Shown here one piece after another: positions 24,101 to 36,100 of a DNA stretch of 64,000 nt (the stretch's first letter is position 1; every line of letters begins with the position of its first letter). Made by a program: the position numbers and the translations under genes. The DNA lies in contig NMRA01000067.1 of the NCBI GenBank assembly GCA_002633005.1, forward strand, positions 852,440-916,439, read 5' to 3'. The notes under the pieces are model-generated. The model was not told the origin of the DNA. It did no database searches and saw only the letters and a program-made list of their open reading frames with translations. Source of the DNA: Phoronis australis. Taxonomy: Eukaryota; Animalia; Phoronida.

Positions 24101-27100
24101 ACAAGTAAGCTTGCCGCCTTACTAATGTAAAACAAATGAAATGATTGGTTGGCGAGGCCAGAATGTTGAGTTGTGGGAGAAAATGATAAGTTATGGGACC
24201 CTCACTCATCTGAGGGGAAAGGTGCCTGTGCCTTCTGAGGGGAATTTTTTGGGTGAGGAAAAAATTCTCCCTCTGCCTGGTCACCACCAATAGCACCCCC
24301 ACCCCTGTCGCCACCCCTCATCAGCTCTGCCTCACCTAGCCAAAACTAACTTTTGTGCCCTTTCAAATCGTCGCCTGTGTGAGTTACAAGTGATTCAAAT
24401 CACGAGGGGAATTTTTTATCACTTTCAGGTATTTTTTGGATTGATGAGGGAAATTTCGCATGATTTTAAATATTTCTCAGAGAGGAACTGGGCCAATATT
24501 CGCCCCCTAAATCAAGGATTGAGGGCCCTAAATTAACAGAGAACAGACCCTGGGCCCAGAGGTGTGTTTATTGGCAAGATACAGGGCATTGTTGAAGATA
24601 ATCTACAATTACTTCCAAAAGTCAACTCTGCAAGAAGGCCCCCCTCCCACCGTGGTGTCTATTTTCCTAATATTTGGGTTCACTTGGTATTAATTAAATG
24701 ATCAATCACTAGCAAGGTCTTGTATTACACAAGTGTGATCCAGCTGCTTGCCAAAAACACATCCACACACAGACTTACCTTAGAACAAGTTACTCCTAGA
24801 ATGAGTTATTGCTAGGTTTGGGCTGTCTGGATGCTATTATGCTATTTAAATTGAAATGCTATTTCAAAAACTTACTCCTAGGTTTTTCTCAAACGTGGGA
24901 AATGGTCCCTTACAAGGATCCTGGATTTAAGAGCACACCCAGAATTGTACAATTCATGACACTTGGCTTTCCTAAATTACCAACTGCTGGTTTATGACCC
25001 TTGGTATTGACTCAATGTGTTGTGCATCAAGTAGAATTAATAATTATTTAAAAACAGAAAACTTGATTACATCTATTTTCGAGTTTTAGTTTATAAAAGT
25101 AACATTTCGAAATTAAAAAACCATGCTACTTTAAAAATGAAAATTTATAAAAATGATATCACCCCCAGTGTTTACAACCATGTTTACGAAAAAGTTTGTA
25201 GTTTTTAATCTAAACTTTACATCATGCCTTGGTGCAGAATGATGAAAAACTAAAATATTTTAAAACATTATGGGTTACATGGCGTGTCATTACAACTATA
25301 TTCTAAACAAGCCTACCTGTCCTCAGCTGTAGCTTGATTAAAGGGTTTGTAGGATTACTGAGAACAGATATCTGGTGGACCAGCTCCAAGGCCAGACCAG
25401 CCACATTCTTAGCATGGTCTGGAGTCTTATCAGGGACACCACCAGCCACCATGTAGACAGCATCGCCTAGTGTCTCCACCTGGTGTAGGCAAGAGAAGCA
25501 GGAATGAGATGCCAGTGGTCACAATTAAGTATTACCCCTCCGAATACGTGGTGGCACTAAGCGAAACGAGTTCACCAGGAAACAAAGTTGAGTATAACAG
25601 ATGATTTTAATAATTAAGTTTAACTTAACAGTTATTGTATTAAAATTAACTTCAACAGTTAAAGCTTCATTTCACTCCGTTTATTTAGCTAAAAACAGAA
25701 ATCCAATTAGACCTTTTATTCTCATAACAAAGGCGTCATTATATTCAGCATCATGATAGAATTCTATTTCCATCACAGGCGATGCATACACGCCACATTT
25801 TCGAATTCACAATTTAAGGGTTGGCCAACCCCGAAAAACTCTGTAGCGCTTTCTCAAGTCTCTTGATTGTTTCAATGTTCTTGTTGGAAACGGAACTGGA
25901 ATCCTATCACAGTAAAGAATATTATGAGACCGACTTTATGAGTATAAAAGGAAAAACTAGATCTCTCCTTTTAGCCAGCTAAACGGGGCAAAAAGTAGCT
26001 TACACGTATTGATTTGAGTGGTGACAGGTCTCTTAATGGACTTGACACTAATCATGACCAGATGGAAGCTGATGATAAGACTGACCTTGAACACCTTATA
26101 TCTGTCACTGATATGATCAAACAAGGTGAAGATGTCATTGATTGTTTTGACCACTTGCATAGCACTCACACTTGCCACAATCTCTGAGAAATGGTCCACA
26201 TAGCTGAACATTATGGTTACCTCTTCAAAGAACTGCAAATACAAACCTATTGAATACATCGGCAGCAAATACAGCAACGGTACACAACTGACAAAATTTT
26301 CAACATTGCTCAACTCTACAACTATAGGCTAAGTCACCACGGAGTAGTTTCTTAGGTCCACGAATAAGAGTGTGACTTATCGGTTTACCTAGTGTTTACC
26401 CAGATTTGGTATGTCATGTTCACCAACAGGCTTGTTTTTTGTTCAAACGCACTTACTAGTTTCGTGTTCAAACATTTTCTAATTGGTCAGGTTATTCATG
26501 TGTCACCTGTTTAACCAACCCTTTAGTGCTCTTCAACACTACTCCAATAACATAAGTCAACACAAAGTACAACAATAGTCATCCTTCAACTTCCATTGAT
26601 GACTTACCTGGCATGTCTTAACAGCGTCCTCACTGTTCTTCAGCTGCACAGGTATTGTCTGAGGTAACATGGAGTACAACATAGAGTCATCCTTCACCTT
26701 CCATCGATGACTTACCTGGCATGTCTTAACAGCATCCTCACTGTTCTTCAACTGTACAGGTATAGTCTGAGGTATCATGGAGTACAACATAGAGTCATCC
26801 TTCACCTTCCATCGATGACTTACCTGCCATGTCTTAACAACATCTTCACTGTTCTTCAACTGTACAGGTATAGTCTGAGGTACATGGAGTACAACATAGA
26901 GTCATCCTTCACCTTCCATCGATGACTTACCTGGCATGTCTTAACAGCATCCTCACCATTCTTCAACCGTATAGCTATAGTCTGAGGAATCATGGAGTAC
27001 AACATAGAGTCATCCTTCACCTTCCATCGATGACTTACCTGGCATGTCTTAACAGCATCCTCACCATTCTTCAACCGTATAGCTATAGTCTGAGGAATCA

Positions 27101-30100
27101 TGGAGTACAACATAGAGTCACCCTTTTGCTTCCACTCATCCAGTTTCTTTAGATTCTCTTCAATTTGGTGACTCTCCTGTTCTTGCTGTGATCACAATAA
27201 AAAGCACGTACATTTATGATGGACTGGTGCATTTGATAAGAAGACGTGATCACCGTAATTAGCATACTGGCATAATATGGCAATCCAAGCTGTGAAAATC
27301 ACAACACATTTTTGTTTGTGATAAGCCTTGAGTTTAATCTTTTCTTCTGCAACACAATCATACCGCGCTCACTACTGCTAAATTACCTTACAGCACGATT
27401 CCTGCACCTCATCATACCAGTGCTTCGTCACCCCCACCATACCAAGACAATAAACTAGTAGGCTCTGCTCAGCAAGTCTGATAAACTAGTACAGAAATAG
27501 TTAAATATCCCTTTGTTTTGCTCTTGACACTTGCCTCTGTAAAGATAGTGCATTTGAGTTTTGGGTTGATCACTTTTGCTTGGGTGGCGATAAGTTACTC
27601 AGGCTCACAATATCATAACATCTATGATGTTGGTCAAACTTTGTGCCAAAACTCAACTGAATCTGTGCACAGATGTGAGAGTATATTGAATACCGTACAC
27701 TGCGGAATACCAGCTGACGTTGCAACTTGCAATGCCAGTTAAGGAATCATGAATCTTAAGGCAAGGTCATAATTCACATAACTGAAGTATCATTAGGAAT
27801 TTCAGACATGACCAGACAGCCCAAGTGGACCATTGACTTAAATAGGCTATTGTAATCACACATTCAGAAATTTGCTCCTTCACTGGATGATCCGAACAAT
27901 GGTGATTTTTATCTGACTGATCAGACATGCTTACAGCAGCATCGCCAATATTCACACACAATATGATACACAAGTCAATTTCTACTTTGTTTAGTTTCTC
28001 AAAAAATAAATATCTGAAACTTTTAATTAATTATCTAATGCTTTTCTTTGAAAATGTCTTGAAATGTAAGTCTTTATCCATCCAAGAAAGTTCATGAGTA
28101 GATGTCATAAATTATGTGGACAAAGTTTGTGTTAGCAGCAAGCTGACAAGTAGTGAAAATAGGAAAACTACAATTTCCGGAATTATTTTTCTGCAGAATG
28201 AAGTGAGGGCATGCAAACCATCGCCAATCTATTGACCAGCAGTACTTTGCTGCAGAATTTGTGCTACCTCTAATAAATGTTGAAGGCCATTGAGCCTGAC
28301 TGTACCACACATAATCTAGAATCCCATGGGCGACATTTACTGGTTTGAGGATTGAATTCTCTTATCTCTCACTACATTTACTACCATTGCACTTGATATA
28401 TGATAGCCCATAGACTTACAGTCAGCATGACTTTTCAAAATAGATAGTTAGTGAGACACTATACCCCAAACTAATGGCACACTCTCTGCCAGTATTACAC
28501 AACTCAGTTTACAGATGCTGGTATCAGGCACCACAGATATGCATCCATGTTTCTGTGGTCAATCAATTTCAATAAATCTGCATAACTTAAGGCTGCCACT
28601 ATAAAATTATATCCCTGCTCATAACTTCCTTACCAAGGCACTAAATGTATTTTTTGATATTTGCATGGATGTGTTAGTGGTCAATGAGTTTAACAAAATC
28701 TATTTGCGGATGATTACACCATAAATTGTATAATTTATGCAAATAAAGATCAGACTTATTTCAAATGCTCCCACTGCAAAGCATGTTTCAAACAGAATGA
28801 TACAACTAACTACTGAATATGCATGGGATTCCTGCTTAGGTGGCATTACGCCAAAAAATTGCATAATATATGCAAATTAAGACTACAAGTAGTTGGATGG
28901 TATGATTAAGAGTGACTTGTGTGACTGCACCATCAAACACATCATCTAAATCATTTTTATTGGTCACGATAAGACAACCAAAAATTAGAAGCAGACAAAA
29001 GTTTCTGTTGTTGCGCACTTAGGTCAATCCTATCTTAAAAGCGCGTACAAAATACTTTCTACAACCTCCTTGCAACATACACTTTGTCAGAAAAATTCCA
29101 AGTGGTTCACCTTAAACCCGCTGCCAGGGAACCCGACTTCAATTGGATTTTGCAGCTTCAGTCAATCAACGTCCTAATTTAAACGAACTGGCTCGATGTG
29201 CCGCTCGATCACTTCAAACTGCCACGAAAAATCACAAAAAGTCACAGTAAACTTGTTAGCAGAATACCATGGTTTGTTACACTTAGTAATAATTGCAATA
29301 ATATCTGATATTACCACCTCCAGTATTTACATTAACTGACTGTACTTCGGGAGCAAGTTTTCTGTTATACAGAATTTGTTGAATACACGACACTTTTCAT
29401 TTTTCACGGTCTTTATTCCGTTGCGTTCATACTTTCTGAACAAAACTCTACTCTCTACTGAACATAGATACAGTAACTGACCTAGCGACATAATTAAAAA
29501 GACACAGAAAGTATGAACGCAACGGAATAAAGACCGTGAAAAATGAAAAGTGTCGTGTATTCAACAAATTCTGTATTTACATTAACTGAATAAAAAAAAT
29601 TCAACAATCGCACCTCCTCTGAAATCCAGGAACCACCCAACCTGAACTCCATTCCCGGACCTGAGTAGACACATAACCAAAGGTACAAAGTTAATGTACC
29701 TAATCCATTTTTTATGAATTGACAACTCAGCGACTATCGCCTCTTTTATCATGACCTCAATTTGACTAGGTTTTGATTCGTCCCTCCCCAGTGCCCACCC
29801 CTATCACACGAGGGCCAGACATCGACTCAAATTCCCATAGTGAGATTCTTACCTTCTCTATGGAATGCTCTAATCTGGACGAATGCTGCCACCCCGCCAG
29901 CACCATATCACGACTGCCATCATGCATACTGAGATCATTAATGTAGAGATCTAGAGATTTGAGGTCCTCCAGGTAACCTAGCCTAAAATAGTAACATAAT
30001 GATGATTACTAATATGCATTTCCCCGTGGGGCCTAAGTCAGCCCTCTAATGTCGCAGGTCCGAGTTTGTGGAGCGTGTGTAAACGCTACTGCAACTACCT

Positions 30101-33100
30101 GTAATCGGCTCAAGCCAAACCCGCTTGATGAGATGGTTTGCGATACGTACCTCGCACACGTGAACAGGCAATAAACTCGTCTTGACTCAGGTAACTTAAA
30201 GTAAGCCAATACGGTTACAGTGTATATCAACTTAAAGTAAGCCAATCCGTAGTAATGTAGCGTAAACAAGGTATAAAGTTGGCTATCAAATACAATCTTT
30301 AATGTTCTAACGCTAGTGGTAATACTAATTCTAAGAGTAGAGCAATCCAAAGTGTAGATGTGCCCAAATTTTGAGACTGTAGCTATGTGCAAATTAAGTG
30401 CCAGAGAAAACCAATTTCGGTGCAATATCAACCACCACTGTTGAGAAAGTAGTGCTAGCAATTACCTTTCTGTGTCATTAGCTGAATACAAAGGCCGTGA
30501 TGTATATAGGCATTATAAGAGGGCAAAGGGAATATGACAGGGGTGTGTAAGCCTGAAATTCTCCACATGGTTAATTATGATGAGTGTTTATCATCCAAGT
30601 ATATCATATGCAGGGTCGTTTCTCTTCAATCCGAAACTAAATCTGGTGATTTCTAGCATATTAGATTTTTAAAAAACGAAAACCACACTGTTACTTTCTC
30701 AAGATGAATACCGTCGTAATGTTTGTTTTTAATGAAAGCTATTGGTTTGTGCATTTAGAAACTTCGCCAGAATGTGCAGGCATATGTGTTTACTATAGTT
30801 TATGATCACTTAATTGGGTCTCACTTGCACCAGATAATGCAGTCATCACAGTACAGTGTTCGGCTGACTGGCGCTGCACACTCTTTGATCCTGGTTATGG
30901 TAAAGCCGTCCAGAGCACAGGTGATGACTAAAGCAGAGGTGATAATTCTCGAATATATTTAGAAACGCATGTTTCCCTTGCAAGCAAATTATTCCCGGCA
31001 TGATCAATTTCATATGATGATACACTACACACAGCAGGATAATTAATTGGGTTATTAATAAGGAGTGAGATTTAGATTTACCCAGTGTCATTGAAGGATT
31101 ATTCTCATGAATGTGGTGGTGGACAGCCACACAGGCTCAGCCTGAGTACTACATGTAGATTTTTGTAGATGTTACAGATCCAGGATAAGTATATTTGAAC
31201 TAAAGAGCACTACAATGTCTAAAGCGTCAATTTCAGTATTCAGTTATTTTGCCTAAAAGTGACGCAATTATTCATCTTATTACTGTTAATATTTTTAACA
31301 CTGAATGTCACCAGCTACGTCTACGACACGATAAAGATTTGCCAACAAATCAATGACTTTGAAGGTCAACCAGATTATGGAACACAATGTTAGTAATTAC
31401 ACTAGGGAATGCACATGTGAATGACTTGGAAATCTTGACCACAAGGAAGCAACCATTAACATTAAAACATGGTTTCAGGCAAAACATTCTANTGCAACTA
31501 CCTGTAATCGGCTCAAGCCAAACCCGCTTGATGAGATGGTTTGCGATACGTACCTCGCACACGTGAACAGGCAATAAACTCGTCTTGACTCAGGTAACTT
31601 AAAGTAAGCCAATACGGTTACAGTGTATATCAACTTAAAGTAAGCCAATCCGTAGTAATGTAGCGTAAACAAGGTATAAAGTTGGCTATCAAATACAATC
31701 TTTAATGTTCTAACGCTAGTGGTAATACTAATTCTAAGAGTAGAGCAATCCAAAGTGTAGATGTGCCCAAATTTTGAGACTGTAACTATGTGCAAATTAA
31801 GTGCCAGAGAAAACCAATTTCGGTGCAATATCAACCACCACTGTTGAGAAAGTAGTGCTAGCAATTACCTTTCTGTGTCATTAGCTGAATACAAAGGCCG
31901 TGATGTATACAGGCATTATAAGACATCTGAGGGCAAAGGGAATCTGACAAGGGTGTGTAAGCCCGAAATTCTCCACATGGTTAATTATGATCAGTGTTTA
32001 TCATCCAAGTATATCATATACACGGTCGTTTCTCTTCAATCCGAAACTAAATCTGGTGATTTTTAGCATATTAGATTTTTAAAAAACGAAAACCACACTG
32101 CTATTTTCTCAAGATGAATACCGTCGTAATGTTTGTTTTTAATGAAAAATATTGGTTTGAGCATTTAGAAACTTCGTCAGAATGAGCAGGCATATGTGTT
32201 TACCCAGTGTCATTGAAGGATCATTCTCATGAATGTGGTGGTGGACAGCCACACAGGCTCAGCTGAGTACATGTAGATTTTTGTAGATGTTACAGATCCC
32301 GGATAAGTTTATTTGAACTAAAGAGCAGTACAATGTCTAAAGCGTCAATTTCAGTATTCAGTTATTTTGCGTAAAAGTGCCGCAATTATTCAACTTATTA
32401 CTGTTAATATTTTTAACACCAAATGTCACCAGCTATGTCTACGACACGATAAAGATTTGCCAACAAATCAATGACTTTGAAGGTCAACCAGATTATGGAA
32501 CACAATGTTGGTAATTACACTAGGGAATGCACATGTGAATGACTTGGAAATCTTGACCACAAGGAAGCAACCATTAACATTAAAACATGGTTTCAGGTAA
32601 AACATTCTAGCAAAATTACTTTATGTATTTTGTAATTACACTCGAGTACGTTCTTTCAGTACTCGAGGAATCGGCTGAAATGGGCATCACAGATGGGGCG
32701 ATAAGTGCAATACTCTAACTTGCAAAATTAATTTCACACAGACTTACTTAATGGTTGAATAAATGAAAATCTGGTCCATTGTGGTTTCATTCTAACCGGC
32801 ACATCACTGGACATCTTTTGCACTTTTATAATTTTTAATTGTTAGATTTATTTCCCTCTGATTGTAAAACACTGGCATATAAAAAATATAAACATTAATA
32901 TGCAAAATTTTTACAAGTTTCTTAAAGAACAACCAAATAGAGCTTACATAATTTTAATCACCAACTTTGCACACAATAAGGCAAAATGAAATTTCAAAAA
33001 CATTACTTTATTACCAGCCTGCTATTGTACTGTATGGATGTCATATAAGATTTGTCAGTTCCCACTATTTGTAGCAAGATGGACAATCTTGTCACATTTA

Positions 33101-36100
33101 GTGCAAAATAAATGAACCACTGGTCTCATTACTCATAAATGACACTTTAAGATGAATACTGGCCATCTTTATAGCAATACAGATTTACTAGTTTTTGAGT
33201 CCCCACAGGCAGATACAAATGGAAACCAAAAAAGTACTTAATGATCGACTTACATCGACAACCTTTTTCTGGTTTTAATTTGGAAGGTAAAGAATTTCAG
33301 TTCCTCATCCCACTCAACAATAAACCACAGTTCTAAAGTAAAACTTGCCGTATTTTGTCACAATTAACAAAAGGAAATAAACCTAAAATTAATACTTTCA
33401 AGACAGGTGCCAGAACGAGACATAATTAAGACTTAAATCCCGTGAGACGGCTAGAAATGAAGTGCAATTTTCCTATACTCGACGTAGGTAAAACATCTAC
33501 GTTGCTTCTCAAGCATGTTTCAGTGAAGCTTTATCTTAGCTATATGCAGTTAATTTCAGAAAATGCAGCTTCTTTAAGAAAATAGAGGGGGAACCAAAAG
33601 AATGTTAAGAAAGACAGGGTATCCCAAAAGTGTACCCACACTACTGTGTAGTAGATTATTGACTTAGGAACAAGAATATCAATTCAAATTAATAAAAAAG
33701 GTGATCAAAAAGGAATTAAGTTCTAAAATCAAAGTAAATGCAGTGCTGGCTATCATGGGAAGAAAAGACATTTGTTTTTGTACTTCCTTGCCATTTTTGA
33801 GTATTTTCACTACGCAAACATTTTTTTGTTCAGTCTTTAAAACGGAGTTGTTTGCTTGCTACTTCTAGTGTATTTAGAGCATGTGATGACTCATAAATCT
33901 ACTTTCACGTCAAGAAGTAACAAATCGTGGTTTGATCCACGGAAAGTGAATCTGAACTCCTGGGGTTGTACTCAAGTGGTAGTACATTTTTGAGACACCC
34001 TATATACATGTTTACACAGGGAAGCACAAATGTTATTTTTAAGCCAATCGCAAATGTTTACAAATTGTCTCGATGACAGACAAGTTACTTGGCAGTACAT
34101 TTTTTTTCCAATGCAAATTAAACAACTTGCCAGAGGCAATTGATCAGTACAACTTATCATTAGCATTTGACAGGTCCACTATGTACAAGGCATGAAATAT
34201 CTCAATCACAAGCCTCTTACACTTAGCAACATGGCTTATTGTGCAGAGGAACATCCCATTACACCACAAGCCTCAAATAGCCCATTGTATCATACTTAAA
34301 AGGTATGCACAGGAATATCACATCTTTATACCACAAGACTCATGTACTTATAGTGCAACCCAAAGTATAACCCGACATGATGGCTGAGTGGGAGTTGATC
34401 GGAGTAGCCTTCCCTCTTGACCGTCAATGAAGGGGAATTATGGGAAAGTTAGTATTGTGGCTATTAGCAGTTTTACAGTTAGAACTTTAAAGCCCATCTT
34501 CAATGGTAACACATGTAAATTTGGTTCCTACAGTTGGAGGCCTCAGTGATGCACAGTGGGTTGGCCGCCACTGTGGACCCACCAGTGGAGACCGTTATGG
34601 TTTAGGGTCGAAACGAGTCGAGGAAGCTGGATGCCATCTGACGACATCAAGCTACGCCTCCAACTAGTTAGTGTACGGCGGGTAGAAGAGAATCCTGGTT
34701 TAGCTGTTACAAAGAAGGGGCGACAAGACGTCAGACTACATAGAAGCCTGACAACTATTGAGGCAGATAATATCACTGTAAGTACACACACATAGAGCAT
34801 CGCTCTGAGCCAACTAGTGTCATAAAGTGCCAAATGTAACGAACTGTTAGGCGTATTGGCTTGCTTTTGTCTAGGTTACTACGAGAATCACCTTTTAATT
34901 CAAACAGCTGCAAATAACAACCGCACGCAGTGGTGTTCTATTCAGACCCCTATTCAATACAACCTTTTGCTGCTTGTGCTGGGATCTCGCGATGACGTAA
35001 CATGGCACGAAAAGGCAGCCTCACTTATCATTTGACGGGCTTACACTTGCGTGATTGAACTTGCATTTTCTTATTATACTAAGGCTGTGCTAGGACTATC
35101 TGGTTAGCCCAATACATCTAAAGTAACAAAATTCTGTTGAAGTTAGGCTTTAAAACACTTGGTTACTACAAGTCATTTTTGCTGTTAGCAGAATCAGTCA
35201 TCATGACGAGAAAACACTCTTTTCTTAATTACTTTTCTATTGTACTGTATTGCAACCCACTGACAAGTACTTACAAAGGTGTGCAGAGGAATATCACACT
35301 GTTACAGTCCTCGATGTACTTCATTTGCCCTCGCAATAGTAAACTTTTCATCTGTTTATCACTAGCACCGATGAAAGAGTCCCTAGAAACCAGTTGCGAG
35401 TGCAGCTCATCCCGCGTCCCAGAACCAGACTTTTTGCGATCGAATATCTCATGCTCAAGCTCGAACACTACTTTCTGGTGGTTGAAAATCTGCAAAACAA
35501 GGTTAGAACCAATGGCAAATTGTACAACCTATGGAAAAGTTTGAAAATTTCTCTTCAATTTTGCTAAATCATTGTAAAAATTTCAAAAACCTATGGCTAT
35601 GTAGAACCTTCAGACGAAACCCCCCCTTTCCTGTGGGGCGAGTCTCCCAATTTCGGTGATCAGAATTACTCAGGTTACAACCGTATAGTTATCAGTTTGA
35701 CAGGATAGCAAGGGGAGAAAGTTGGTAAACCAACACGTAATCCAGCAATTATGTTGTAAACAGCACACCTGGCGCTAACTGAAATTTAAAATACTATTTG
35801 TAACTGCATGACTTTTAAGAAATGTCACGAAGATGTGTTTTTGTGGCTGGATAACTATCATCAAATGAACTTCGAACGGACAAAAACAGTCGACTTTCAG
35901 AAAAATATTAGACGTAATATTCACTTCCTGACCCAATTAACCACAGCATTGTCTACCGACAAACGGGCTTGTTTGCCAAGTTTACTCGAGTGTGATTTTA
36001 GATCAGATGGAAATTTCTTGGTAGCTCAACTTGGGGCACTAAAAGCATTGACCTCAAAATGCACCGTTAAGAATAAAATGATCCATTTTTGCAAGAGAGG

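Noticed and set aside
26557-27030. Array read as mutually exclusive exons or as a CRISPR-like array
   Set aside because: Units have no acceptor or pyrimidine tract and only ~12 intron-derived nt between them; no unique spacers; eukaryotic context
30033-31864. Twin hydrophobic ORFs (142 and 129 aa)
   Set aside because: Non-ATG starts, no domain, duplicated only because of the haplotype overlap at the N
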